The notes: generated by a model from the sequence alone, not told the origin. DNA of 62,842 nt, filler included, from 7 parts of 7 records of this genome joined end to end with filler, not necessarily neighbours in it; one strand, 5' to 3'; shown: positions 20,447 to 30,608, numbered from the whole stretch's first letter. A program made the numbers and translations.

Positions 20447-23359
20447 ATGAATTCACTTCGTTTTTTGATCCCGTTTGTTGGTGCGCAGATGCGTCTGAAT
20501 CCCGGGCGTGCCTGCATCACGACCTTGGGGATCATTGCTTCGACTTGTGCTGTGGTTTGGGTGGTCAGCGGTTACGACGCGTTGGTGTCTCAGTTCGATG
20601 AGAACAGCGAGAAGTACTTGGGACGCTACGATCTGTTGATCATGCCCAAGCCGGGGCCGCCCGGATCGGAGGCCCCACCCATTCAATCTTCTTTGGTGGA
20701 TGATTTGAAACGCGATGCGGGAGTGTTGGAGGTCAATCCGATCGGACAATCGCGGGTCACGGTTGTCCCGATCGAAAGTCAGGAGGAAGACGAGAAGTCA
20801 TCGCTCGACTTTGTGGTGGGAGCACGTCCACCGGTGAACGGAGCACCGCCGTTGGATCCGACTTTGGTCAGCACGCCCGCGATCGAGCCTCCTTATGAGT
20901 TGCTTCAAGGACGCTGGTTGAGCGAAGACATTGAAGCAAAAGAAATTGTCGTCGGTGAGTTGGTTGCAAAAGACAAAAAGCTTTCCATCGGCGATGGCTT
21001 GAAGCTGATTTCCTTGGCCAATGAAGTTCAACTGACGGTCGTTGGCATCGTCGAACAAGCCCCGCAGGCACCCTCATTGTCGTCGCGAGGTCGTGGTGGG
21101 CCGCCATCCGGCAAACGACCAGGCAGGCCGCAGCGTCCCCAACCGAAGGCAGACGATTCGCAGAGCGAAACGAATCAAACCGTGCTGGGAATGCCTAAGA
21201 ACTTTTCTGAAGGCATCGCTGCCAATGCGATTTATGTGCGGCCTGAACTGGCGGAGTGGATCAATGGGTATGTTTCGAAACCACAAGTGCTGCAAGTTGC
21301 GATCCGTGATACGGTCACCATCCCGCAATTTCGCGAGGCTTGGGGCGAACGCTTGGCCGGCGGTCGGCCTGCGATGCAGTTGATCGACTTCGATACCGTG
21401 CGAGAGGGAATGGAAGAGACTCGAACCGTTTCCGGCCAGCAAGCTCAAGCTTGGGCGGCGACCGGGATGGCAACACTGGCGGCGATCTTCATCATCTTCT
21501 CAACACTCAGCATGGGCGTCAGTGAACGCACACGAGAATTCGCGATGTTGCGAGCGGTCGCGCTGACTCGAGGGCAAGTCGCCACCATCGTTGCAATCGA
21601 AAGCGTCTTGCTTGCCGTGGTCGGTTGGCTCGGTGGATTGGCGGCTGGTTACTTGATGTTGGTTGTTGGCAGTCACTACGTTCCAGGTTGGTTTGGGACG
21701 GATGCCGTGTTGGGTTGGGGATGCATTGAGTTGTCTGGCGTGACCGTGCTGGTCGGTGCACTGGGGGCGGCGATTGTGCCGGCTTGGCGAGCAACACGGA
21801 TCGAGCCACTCGAAGCGATGACGTCCAAAGTTTCCACGCCTGGAATGCAGTCGTGGGTGGTTTTCGGCGTCATCGGTGCCTTGCTCTCCGCTCTGACACC
21901 CCTGCTCGTGTTTGCGATCCCGATGTCGGACGAATGGCGAACGTGGGCGTATGGATTCCTGACATATCCAACTTTGTTGGTGGGCATGATCTGTCTGGCA
22001 CCCGCCATTGTTGTGTTTTGTGAATCGGCGATCGGCCCCTGGGTGACGCGTGCATTGGGGTTGGACACTCGAATGATGAAGACTCAGTTGTCGACCAATT
22101 TATGGCGGACGGTCGGAGCCACGTTGGCCTTGTCGATCGGTTTGGGTCTTTATGCCTCGACCCAAACCTGGGGCTATTCCATGTTGAAACCATTCACCCC
22201 CGGCAATTGGCTTCCCGACGCGTTGGTCGCCTTTCATCCCGTTGGATTGGATGAGGACGGGATCGACGATGTTCGAAAGGTCGCTGGGGTTCGTTCCGAT
22301 CGGGTGATGCCGTTGGCGATCGAGCAAGCCCGATTCGATTGGGGCGATGCCGAGCAACCTTCGCGAGTGCAGCGTGACAATGCGGTCTTGTTCGGGATCG
22401 ATCCCGAAATGGCCTTTGCCGGTGAGGATCCGTTTTTGACGTTTGAGTTTGTGGAAGGAAACCAAACGTCCGCCATCGAAGCGCTGCAAGGCGGAGGATC
22501 TTGTCTGATCTCGGAAGATTTTCAAATGAGCTCGGGGTTGGGCGTTGGCGATGAGTTGAGCTTCACGCCACCGACCGCAGAAGACGAACGTGTGACCTAT
22601 CGCATCGCCGGGGTCGTGTCGTTGCCTGGTTGGCACTGGGTGACGAAGTTTTCAGGTGTGAGACGACATTTCGTCCGGACCGCAACGGTGGTGTTCGCAA
22701 ATCGTGAACAGGTGCAGCGGGACTTCCATTTGCATCAAACAGAATTCGTTTGGATGGACATCGATGACGATGCCGACTTGCAGGCGATGGAAGCGGATTT
22801 GCAATCGATCGCGGAGCGAAAGTCCGGAGAGACGTTTGTGGCAAGCGGTTTGGGCAGCGTCAAAGCTTACCGACCGTTCGCTCGGATGACCGCATCGGAG
22901 AATGTTCGCAAGGCGATCCAACTTCGCGCTGACGACATGATTTGGGGAATGAGCTATTTGCCGTTGATCACGCTGGCGATCATGTCACTGGCGATTGCCA
23001 ACACGGTCATCGCGTCGGTGCGATCAAGGACGTGGGAGTTTGGCATCATGCGGTCGATCGGTGTGACGCGCGGGCAACTCGTGCGATTGGTCATTGCGGA
23101 AACGATCCTGATCGCGGTCGGCGCCTGTGTGCTGAGTTTGATCTTTGGATTGATTGCAGGCTGGTGTGGCGTCGGGATGGCTCAGTACGTCGGTTGGTTT
23201 GCTGGGCCACCGAACTTCATCATTCCGTGGGCACACCTGTCCATCGGATTCGCGATGACGATCGGGTTGTGTCTGCTAGCCGGTCTGTGGCCCGTTGTGC
23301 GAATCGGCCGAGCTGAACCGCTTGGATTGCTGCAGGCCGGACGCGGTGGTCAGGGGTGA
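20447..23359 (+). CDS. FtsX/MacB-type ABC permease (duplicated, 970 aa), paralog of 16609-19416
   Basis: ERTREFAMLRAV and RTWEFGIMRSIG; shares PG-NW-PDA and LPGWHW.TK..G.R motifs with the other permease. Confidence 0.9.
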   Translation: MNSLRFLIPFVGAQMRLNPGRACITTLGIIASTCAVVWVVSGYDALVSQFDENSEKYLGRYDLLIMPKPGPPGSEAPPIQSSLVDDLKRDAGVLEVNPIGQSRVTVVPIESQEEDEKSSLDFVVGARPPVNGAPPLDPTLVSTPAIEPPYELLQGRWLSEDIEAKEIVVGELVAKDKKLSIGDGLKLISLANEVQLTVVGIVEQAPQAPSLSSRGRGGPPSGKRPGRPQRPQPKADDSQSETNQTVLGMPKNFSEGIAANAIYVRPELAEWINGYVSKPQVLQVAIRDTVTIPQFREAWGERLAGGRPAMQLIDFDTVREGMEETRTVSGQQAQAWAATGMATLAAIFIIFSTLSMGVSERTREFAMLRAVALTRGQVATIVAIESVLLAVVGWLGGLAAGYLMLVVGSHYVPGWFGTDAVLGWGCIELSGVTVLVGALGAAIVPAWRATRIEPLEAMTSKVSTPGMQSWVVFGVIGALLSALTPLLVFAIPMSDEWRTWAYGFLTYPTLLVGMICLAPAIVVFCESAIGPWVTRALGLDTRMMKTQLSTNLWRTVGATLALSIGLGLYASTQTWGYSMLKPFTPGNWLPDALVAFHPVGLDEDGIDDVRKVAGVRSDRVMPLAIEQARFDWGDAEQPSRVQRDNAVLFGIDPEMAFAGEDPFLTFEFVEGNQTSAIEALQGGGSCLISEDFQMSSGLGVGDELSFTPPTAEDERVTYRIAGVVSLPGWHWVTKFSGVRRHFVRTATVVFANREQVQRDFHLHQTEFVWMDIDDDADLQAMEADLQSIAERKSGETFVASGLGSVKAYRPFARMTASENVRKAIQLRADDMIWGMSYLPLITLAIMSLAIANTVIASVRSRTWEFGIMRSIGVTRGQLVRLVIAETILIAVGACVLSLIFGLIAGWCGVGMAQYVGWFAGPPNFIIPWAHLSIGFAMTIGLCLLAGLWPVVRIGRAEPLGLLQAGRGGQG

Positions 23360-23434
23360 ACGAGACGCTTTGCTTGGTCGTTGCTTCGGGCCGTTGGCGT
23401 CCCTGGCAGGCTGTTGATTTATTGAGCCGCACCG

Positions 23435-23534
23435 NNNNNNNNNNNNNNNNNNNNNNNNNNNNNNNNNNNNNNNNNNNNTTAATTAATTAANNNNNNNNNN
23501 NNNNNNNNNNNNNNNNNNNNNNNNNNNNNNNNNN
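23435..23534. other. Artificial contig spacer
   Basis: N-run/TTAATTAATTAA/N-run. Confidence 0.98.
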
Positions 23535-24364
23535 GTGATCATCCGCTTTGTCGGAAACAGGCTCGCCACCAGATTTTCGGAGAGTTCCTCCGTCGCGATC
23601 ATCGTGCTGCCGACCGGGAAGATGCGCTTTTGCAAAAAGGGAAAGAGCCCGCCGCCATAACCATTCGTGGCGATCAGAAGCGCACGGGCCGTCAATTCAC
23701 CCTGCGCAGTACGAACGGCAAAGCCGGCGGGCTTCTTGATAATTTCCTCCGCCCGGAGCGGCGCGATAATCCGCGCGCCTGCCCGCGTGGCGGCCGTCGT
23801 CAGGCCCGTCACATATTTCGCCGGATGCAGCCCGCCTGTATGGTGCTGACGCAGCCCGCCCTTGTAGCCGGGGCTGTCCACATCCTCCGCATAGTCGCCG
23901 GGACCGACCATCTCCTCCGGGATATCGAGATATTTCTGCCGCACTTCAAAGTCATTGTTCATGGAGCGATAATGCTTCTCCAGCACGGCCGGGTAAAAAC
24001 GGCCGGTCAGGGCAAGATCGCAGTCGATCCCCTCCTCTTCAATCCGCTCTGCGATAAAATCGACGGAGGCCAACGCCTCCTTGTAAATGGCGCAACCCCG
24101 ATCCACGCCATAACTGTCGATCAGGCCGGAAAGCCCGGGCTTCAGGAGATTGCCAATCATGCCGCCGTTGCGCCCGCTCGCCCCGAAGCCCGGCATCTCC
24201 GCGTCGAGAACCGTGACCGCTTGCCCCCTTTTCGCGAGGGTGAGCGCCGCGGACAGCCCGGTATAGCCACCGCCGATAATCAGCACATCACTGACACTGT
24301 CCGGCAGCGCCACGCCGGTGGGTTCCGGCTTTGCGGCCTCCCACCAGAAAGGTTCGGTTTTCAT
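23535..24364 (-). CDS. FAD-dependent oxidoreductase (DAO/PuuB family), 3'-truncated
   Basis: IIGGGYTGLSAA Rossmann motif, GASGRNGG, LHPAKY, ATNGY; start MKTEPFWW. Confidence 0.88.
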
Positions 24365-24508
24365 CGGCTGGCTCCGTCTCAATTCGCTTTTTTTGCCATT
24401 CTTGTCCCGCAGCCCGTCGAAGAGCAAGCCTAATTGCCTTTGAATTGAATTTTTCTGTAAAAACACCTATCTAAGGGGTAAGGACTGGCAAATGGGGAAA
24501 AGCTCGAC

Positions 24509-25216
24509 TTGGCCAAAAATATCGAGAAATCTGATAAAAAATCCGGCAAGGATGACGTTGCCGAGTTTTTAAGGAAAGTCGCGGCCGCCCCGGTGCGCGC
24601 GCCCACAGGCAAGAACGGGCGGTTGATCTTCGCGATCGATGCCACGGCAAGCCGGCAGCCGACCTGGGACAGGGCGTCCCATCTGCAACATGAAATGTTT
24701 GAAGAGGCGGGATCAATTGGCGGGCTTGAACTGCAAATCGCCTTTTTTCGCGGCTTCGGTGAATTCAGGGCGACCAAATGGACGTCCGACAGCCAGGCGC
24801 TGATCCGTCCGATGTCGCGCGTCTTTTGCCTTGGTGGCCATACCCAGATCGAGAAAGTCCTGAAGCACACCCTCCGCCAGACGAAGAAGGATCGGGTCAA
24901 TGCGCTTGTCTATGTTGGCGACTGCATGGAGGAAGACGCGGATCAGCTCTGCCATCTCGCCGGGCAGCTCGGGATGCTGAAGGTGCCGATATTCCTCTTT
25001 CAGGAAGGATATGACCCGATTGCGGAAAACTGCTTCCGACAGATGAGCCGCCTCTCGGGCGGAGCCTATTGCAGCTTCGACGGGGCCAGCGCCGCGACGC
25101 TCCGCAACCTGTTGCGCGCTGTTGCCGCCTATGCCGCCGGGGGGCGCAAGGCCCTCAGTGATTTCAGCAAGAAATCCGGCGGCGAGGCGAAGCTGCTTCT
25201 CCAGCAGATAAAATAG
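24509..25216 (+). CDS. von Willebrand factor A domain protein
   Basis: LIFAIDATASRQ (MIDAS DxTxS), GGHTQI, LVYVGDCMEE. Confidence 0.82.
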   Translation: MAKNIEKSDKKSGKDDVAEFLRKVAAAPVRAPTGKNGRLIFAIDATASRQPTWDRASHLQHEMFEEAGSIGGLELQIAFFRGFGEFRATKWTSDSQALIRPMSRVFCLGGHTQIEKVLKHTLRQTKKDRVNALVYVGDCMEEDADQLCHLAGQLGMLKVPIFLFQEGYDPIAENCFRQMSRLSGGAYCSFDGASAATLRNLLRAVAAYAAGGRKALSDFSKKSGGEAKLLLQQIK

Positions 25217-25220
25217 CAAT

Positions 25221-25922
25221 ATGCTGGCCTATTTCATCATCGGCGTTTCCCTTCTGCTGGCCCTGATGGTCGGCAGTCAGGCCATTGCAACGGCGGACCC
25301 AAAAAAACTTATCAAGGCCCTCCGGATTTCCGCGGTGATCATCTGCGCCGTCGTCGCCGGTTTTTTCGCCCTGACAGGACGCTTTCCCTATGCCGCTCCG
25401 TTTGTTGCCGCTGGGCTTTTTTTCCTTCGCAGCAAACCGCTGTTCAGTGCGCGAAACCCCTCCTCCGGGCAGCAGTCGGATGTGGAGACAGACTGGCTGC
25501 AGGCCTCGCTCAATCATGATACCGGCGAGATGGATGCGATGATCTTGCGGGGACGATTCGAAGGGCGGCAACTCTCCTCCCTTGGTCGTGCAGAACTTAG
25601 CGAATTCCATCAGGAATGTGCCGGTGATGAGCAGACCCTGGCCATTCTGGAGAGTTTCATCGCCCGAAATTTCGATGAAGATTTCGCGACAGAGGACGAT
25701 GAACATCACTCCAAGGAGGAGCACACCCGGGCCGCCAGCAGCGGGGGCCCCATGACCCGGCAGGAGGCGCTTGAAATCCTCGAACTCGACGGGAAAGCCT
25801 CGACTTCCGACATCAAATCCGCCCATCGCCGGTTGATGAAAAAGTTCCATCCCGACCATAATGGCTCCGACTATATGGCCGCCAAACTCAATGAGGCAAA
25901 GGATGTTCTCTTAAAAAGCTGA
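25221..25922 (+). CDS. Membrane-anchored DnaJ (J-domain) protein
   Basis: N-terminal TM helices; C-terminal MTRQEALEIL...HPDHNGSDYMAAKLNEAKD (Tim14/Pam18-like J domain with HPD). Confidence 0.88.
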   Translation: MLAYFIIGVSLLLALMVGSQAIATADPKKLIKALRISAVIICAVVAGFFALTGRFPYAAPFVAAGLFFLRSKPLFSARNPSSGQQSDVETDWLQASLNHDTGEMDAMILRGRFEGRQLSSLGRAELSEFHQECAGDEQTLAILESFIARNFDEDFATEDDEHHSKEEHTRAASSGGPMTRQEALEILELDGKASTSDIKSAHRRLMKKFHPDHNGSDYMAAKLNEAKDVLLKS

Positions 25923-25993
25923 AAATCAGGGGTTGCCTTTGCGGCAGGCGAAATGTCATAAATTTCAAAGTATAATAAGCGGGTCAGATCAGC

Positions 25994-26875
25994 ATGCCAA
26001 AAAAAGTTCGTAAAGCCGTGTTCCCTGTCGGGGGACTTGGAACAAGATTTCTTCCGGCAACGAAGGCCATGCCGAAGGAGATGCTCCCCGTCGTCGACAA
26101 GCCGCTCATTCAATATGCCGTGGAAGAAGCACGGGATGCAGGCATCGAGGAATTTATTTTTGTCACCGGGCGCGGCAAGACCATTATCGAGGATCATTTT
26201 GACCGGTCCTATGAGTTGGAAAGCGTGCTGAACGAGCGGCAGAAAACTGATGTTCTCCGGGAGATACAGGAAGGCGTGCCGAAAGCGGGCTCCATCGCCT
26301 ATATCCGCCAGCAGGAACCGCTTGGTCTCGGCCATGCGGTCTGGTGCGCGAAACGCCTGGTGGGGGATGAGCCCTTCGCCGTTATCCTCGCTGACGACCT
26401 GATCCTGGCGGACACCCCTTGCCTCGCCCAGATGACGGCAGCCCGCGAAAAGATCGGCGGCGGCAATATGCTGGCGGTGATGGAAGTCCCGAAGGAGCAT
26501 ACGTCCCGCTACGGTATTTTGGGACCGGGCGAGGAAAAAGGAAACCTGATCGAGATCAAGAGCCTCGTTGAAAAGCCCGCCCCGGCGGATGCCCCCTCCA
26601 ACCTAGCGGTCATTGGCCGCTATATCTTGGAGCCGAATATCTTCGACCTTCTTGAAAATCAGGCGCGCGGCGCAGGCAATGAAATCCAGCTCACCGATGC
26701 GCTCTCCACCATGCTCGGCGGCGATCCCTTTTTCGGCATGAAATTTGACGGTACTCGTTATGACTGCGGCGATAAAATCGGATTTTTGGAGGCAAATATC
26801 GCTTTCGCGCTCGACCGAGATGACATGAAGAGCGATTTAACGGCCATTGTCAAAAAAATTGCCAATAAGCTGTAG
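25994..26875 (+). CDS. galU: UTP--glucose-1-phosphate uridylyltransferase
   Basis: KAVFPVGGLGTRFLPATKAMPKEML, LGLGHAV, VEKP, EIQLTDA. Confidence 0.97.
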   Translation: MPKKVRKAVFPVGGLGTRFLPATKAMPKEMLPVVDKPLIQYAVEEARDAGIEEFIFVTGRGKTIIEDHFDRSYELESVLNERQKTDVLREIQEGVPKAGSIAYIRQQEPLGLGHAVWCAKRLVGDEPFAVILADDLILADTPCLAQMTAAREKIGGGNMLAVMEVPKEHTSRYGILGPGEEKGNLIEIKSLVEKPAPADAPSNLAVIGRYILEPNIFDLLENQARGAGNEIQLTDALSTMLGGDPFFGMKFDGTRYDCGDKIGFLEANIAFALDRDDMKSDLTAIVKKIANKL

Positions 26876-26912
26876 TATATCGTCTCACGACTAATAGTAC
26901 GGAGATTTTGCG

Positions 26913-28220
26913 ATGCATATCGCTGTGATTGGGACGGGCTATGTCGGGCTGGTCTCGGGGACCTGCTTTTCGGAATTCGGACATGACGTGATCTGCATCG
27001 ATATGGATGCAGAAAAAATAGCCAGCCTCAATGCCGGAAAGGTCCCTATTTTCGAGCCCGGCCTTCAGGCGATGATCGAAAAAAATTCCCGCTCAAACTA
27101 TCTTAAATTCGGAACAGACCTGAAAGCTGCGGTTGCCGGTGCCGACGCCGTCTTTATTGCGGTCGGCACACCAAGCCGCCGCGGTGACGGCCAGGCCGAC
27201 CTCACCTATGTTTATGCTGCGGCAAAGGAAATTGCCGCCGCCCTCACTGGCTATACGGTGGTTGTCACCAAGTCCACGGTGCCCGTCGGAACCGGCCGGG
27301 AGGTGGAGCGTATCCTGCACGAGACCAATCCGGACGCGGATTTCGATGTGGTTTCCAACCCCGAATTTTTGCGCGAAGGCGCTGCGATCGAGGATTTCAT
27401 GCGCCCCGACCGGGTCATCGTTGGCACGTTGGAAAAACGCGCGCAGGAGATGATGTCGGCGATCTACCGGCCGCTCTCCCTCTTTCAGACACCGCTCGTC
27501 TTTACCAGCCTGGAAAGCTCCGAACTCACGAAATACGCAGGCAACGCCTTTCTTGCGACAAAGATTACCTTCATCAATGAAATCGCGGATCTGTGCGACA
27601 AGGTTGGCGCGGATGTCCATGACGTCGCGCGCGGCATCGGGCTGGACCGGCGCATCGGCGCGAAGTTCCTCCACCCCGGTCCCGGCTTTGGCGGCTCCTG
27701 CTTTCCAAAGGATACGCGGGCGCTTTACCAAACTTCCGTAGAGACCGGAGCGCCACTTCGCATTGTCGATACCGTCATCGGCATCAATGAAAAGCGCAAG
27801 GTGGATATGGCCGCGCGGGTGATCGACGCCTGCGGCGGGTCCGTTGCGGGCAAGCAGATTTCCGTTCTCGGCCTCACCTTCAAGCCGAATACCGACGATA
27901 TGCGTGAAAGCCCGAGCCTTGATATCATTCCCGCGCTGGTCGAGGCCGGTGCCACCATCCGCGCCTATGATCCGGAAGGCATGGGGGAAGCACGCAGGCT
28001 TCTCGATAACGTCGAATTTTGCGACAGTTCCTACGCCACGATCGAAGGGGCGGACGCCCTCGTTATTATCACCGAATGGAATGAATTTCGGGCGCTGGAC
28101 CTAACACGGGTCAAATCCCTGATGAAAACGCCTGTCATGGTGGATTTACGGAATATTTATGAACCCCATGATATGAAACAAAAAGGGTTTACCTATCGCA
28201 GCATCGGGCGCCCGACTTAA
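26913..28220 (+). CDS. ugd: UDP-glucose 6-dehydrogenase
   Basis: GTGYVG, SNPEFLREG, GFGGSCFPKD, FKPNTDDMRES. Confidence 0.96.
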   Translation: MHIAVIGTGYVGLVSGTCFSEFGHDVICIDMDAEKIASLNAGKVPIFEPGLQAMIEKNSRSNYLKFGTDLKAAVAGADAVFIAVGTPSRRGDGQADLTYVYAAAKEIAAALTGYTVVVTKSTVPVGTGREVERILHETNPDADFDVVSNPEFLREGAAIEDFMRPDRVIVGTLEKRAQEMMSAIYRPLSLFQTPLVFTSLESSELTKYAGNAFLATKITFINEIADLCDKVGADVHDVARGIGLDRRIGAKFLHPGPGFGGSCFPKDTRALYQTSVETGAPLRIVDTVIGINEKRKVDMAARVIDACGGSVAGKQISVLGLTFKPNTDDMRESPSLDIIPALVEAGATIRAYDPEGMGEARRLLDNVEFCDSSYATIEGADALVIITEWNEFRALDLTRVKSLMKTPVMVDLRNIYEPHDMKQKGFTYRSIGRPT

Positions 28221-28255
28221 GTTCAGTATAACGGAATTCCGGGAAGTACCAGTCA

Positions 28256-29635
28256 ATGACCAAGCATGAATTCAACCCAACCATTTTGCGCGAATATGAT
28301 ATCCGGGGGATCATCGATGAAACCCTGTTCGAGGCGGATGCAGAAGCCATCGGGCGCAGCTTCGGGACTCTGCTCAGGCAGGGCGGGTATGAGAATGTCG
28401 CCATTGGCTATGACGGGCGGAAAACGTCACCTAAACTGAAGACCGCCCTGATGAGAGGCCTCACCTCGACCGGTATTGATGTCTTCGATATCGGCATGGG
28501 CCCCACCCCGATGCTTTACTATGCCACCTACGCCCTGAAGGCTGGCGGCGGGATCATGATCACGGGCTCACACAACCCACCAAGCCATAATGGCTTCAAG
28601 ATGATGCTGGGCGGAAAGTCCTTCTATGGCGGACAAATCCAGGAACTTGGGCGCTTGAGCGCTTCCGGCCCGTTTGAAGAAGGCACAGGAAAGGTCATTG
28701 ATCATCCCATCATGGAAGATTATCTCGCCCGGATCTTGCAGGATTTTGTTGCAGGGCGTGAACTAAATGTGGTCTGGGACTGCGGCAATGGCGTCACCGG
28801 CGAGGCACTCCGCAGAATTGTCGCCAAGCTTCCCGGCACTCATCTGCTGCTCTTCGATGAAATTGACGGCAGCTTCCCGAACCATCATCCCGATCCGACA
28901 GTCGCGGAAAACCTTGAAGACCTGATCCGCACCGTCAAGGGCGTGAATGCGGATCTTGGTATTGCCTTTGACGGCGACGGGGACCGCATCGGCGTTGTTG
29001 ACGGACAGGGGCGTATTCTCTGGGGAGATCAGCTGCTCGCCATTCTATCCAGGGAAATTCTGGCCAACAGTCCCGGTGCGCCGATTATTGCCGATGTGAA
29101 GGCGAGCCAGATCCTCTTCGATGCGGTGCGTGATCTCGGCGGAGAGCCGATCATGTGGCGGACCGGCCATTCCCTGATCAAGTCAAAAATGCAGGAGGTG
29201 AATGCCCCCCTCGCCGGCGAGATGAGCGGCCATATCTTCTATAACGACCACTATTACGGCTATGATGACGCGCCTTATGTCGCGCTGCGCCTGCTCAATA
29301 TTGTCGGAGCCAGCGATCAGTCCCTTGACCAGATGCGCGATGAACTTCCGGAAATGATCAATACGCCGGAGCTGCGCTTCGCCTGCCCGGACGAGGAAAA
29401 ATTTGGCGCCGTCACCCGTATTCAGGATGCCCTTGCGGCGGCCGGTGCGGATTATTCGGATATCGACGGTGTCCGCGTGAATACAGAGGATGGCTGGTGG
29501 TTGCTGCGTGCCTCAAACACACAAGCGGTTCTGGTTGCGCGCTGTGAAGCCAGGGATGACGCGGGGCTGTCCCGCCTTAAATCCCAGCTTCAACAGGCGC
29601 TCCTCAATGCGGAGGTGGACGCCCCCACTTTCTAG
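28256..29635 (+). CDS. Phosphomannomutase/phosphoglucomutase
   Basis: REYDIRG, ITGSHNP, FDGDGDR, GEMSGH, LRASNT. Confidence 0.95.
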   Translation: MTKHEFNPTILREYDIRGIIDETLFEADAEAIGRSFGTLLRQGGYENVAIGYDGRKTSPKLKTALMRGLTSTGIDVFDIGMGPTPMLYYATYALKAGGGIMITGSHNPPSHNGFKMMLGGKSFYGGQIQELGRLSASGPFEEGTGKVIDHPIMEDYLARILQDFVAGRELNVVWDCGNGVTGEALRRIVAKLPGTHLLLFDEIDGSFPNHHPDPTVAENLEDLIRTVKGVNADLGIAFDGDGDRIGVVDGQGRILWGDQLLAILSREILANSPGAPIIADVKASQILFDAVRDLGGEPIMWRTGHSLIKSKMQEVNAPLAGEMSGHIFYNDHYYGYDDAPYVALRLLNIVGASDQSLDQMRDELPEMINTPELRFACPDEEKFGAVTRIQDALAAAGADYSDIDGVRVNTEDGWWLLRASNTQAVLVARCEARDDAGLSRLKSQLQQALLNAEVDAPTF

Positions 29636-29641
29636 GCGGTG

Positions 29642-30025
29642 TCAGTCCTTCGCTTTGACCGGTGCGTAGACGGCGAGCTTGTGCCCTTCCGGATCCCGGA
29701 AATAGCCAAAAAACAGATGACCCGCGCCGCGTGGTCCCGGCGCACCTTCATCCGTCGCCCCGAGATCAAGCGCCTTCGCATACATCTTTGACACCGTTTC
29801 AGGGCTGTCGAGCAACAGCGCCGGCATCGTTCCATTGCCGAAGGTTGCCGCCTTCCCGTCATGCGGCTTGATCACGCCCAGCATGGGCTGGCCCCGCGCC
29901 ACACTCCACATTTTCAGGTGATCTTCGTCGACAACGCGCTTTGCCCCGATTTCACCGAGCAGCGCCTCATAAAATTCAGTCGCTTTATCTATATCATTCG
30001 TCCCAAGGGTCACATAACCGATCAT
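29642..30025 (-). CDS. VOC (glyoxalase/bleomycin-resistance) family protein
   Basis: MIGYVTLGTND..A..FY; GATDEGAPGPR; YFRDPEGHKL. Confidence 0.9.
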   Translation of the reverse strand: MIGYVTLGTNDIDKATEFYEALLGEIGAKRVVDEDHLKMWSVARGQPMLGVIKPHDGKAATFGNGTMPALLLDSPETVSKMYAKALDLGATDEGAPGPRGAGHLFFGYFRDPEGHKLAVYAPVKAKD

Positions 30026-30103
30026 CTTTTTTCCTTCTTATCTGATCTACAGAAAGCCCCAGACGCAAGCTACGTGCATTTTTAATTATTGTATAGTCCG
30101 CAA

Positions 30104-30132
30104 TTGACATTTTGTTATATATGTACCAATAT
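30104..30132 (+). promoter_or_regulatory. sigma70-type promoter, possibly giving a leaderless mRNA
   Basis: Perfect TTGACA, 17-nt spacer, CAATAT, then ATG at 30139. Confidence 0.45.
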
Positions 30133-30138
30133 ATCAAA

Positions 30139-30314
30139 ATGACGAAAGCAATTGAACGTGTCCAGACGGGCATCCGCATTGAGAAAAAGATATTGAAGGT
30201 CCTCAAGGGCCTCGCCGAGCATCTCGATATGACGGTGGGGGATCTGGTGGAGGGTATGGCGCTGCACTGTTTTGAGAATAAACCCCCTTTTTCCAAGGTG
30301 ACTCTCAAGAAAAT
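30139..30314 (+). CDS. Small conserved protein, ribbon-helix-helix-like; 3'-truncated
   Basis: ERVQTGIRIEKKILKVLKGLAEHLDMTVGDLVEG fits a beta-strand/helix/helix pattern. Confidence 0.6.
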
Positions 30315-30414
30315 NNNNNNNNNNNNNNNNNNNNNNNNNNNNNNNNNNNNNNNNNNNNTTAATTAATTAANNNNNNNNNNNNNNNNNNNNNNNNNNNNNN
30401 NNNNNNNNNNNNNN
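30315..30414. other. Artificial contig spacer
   Basis: N-run/TTAATTAATTAA/N-run. Confidence 0.98.
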
Positions 30415-30608
30415 TTAAAGGAAAATAATTTAATCCATTTCGACCAAGAGCCATTCGGTAAACTAAGGACAGGCTCTGGGGGATAAAAACCCTCAATGAG
30501 GAATTTAATAAAAGTTATGAAATGCCTATTAGCAGTTTTATCAAACCAAACAATGTAATAATTAATGGTATTACATCCGACTTTTAAAAAAGCAATAAAA
30601 ATAAACGT

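Noticed and set aside
13450-29958. Many overlapping 60-270 aa alternative-frame ORFs in the GC-rich contigs (also 48815-57323, e.g. the 537-aa ORF at 48831)
   Set aside because: Antisense or off-frame shadows of well-supported genes, expected at high GC and lacking motifs
30415-30608. trp attenuator leader peptide
   Set aside because: The short plus-strand ORF here has no Trp codons and no terminator/antiterminator is evident; the region is also truncated
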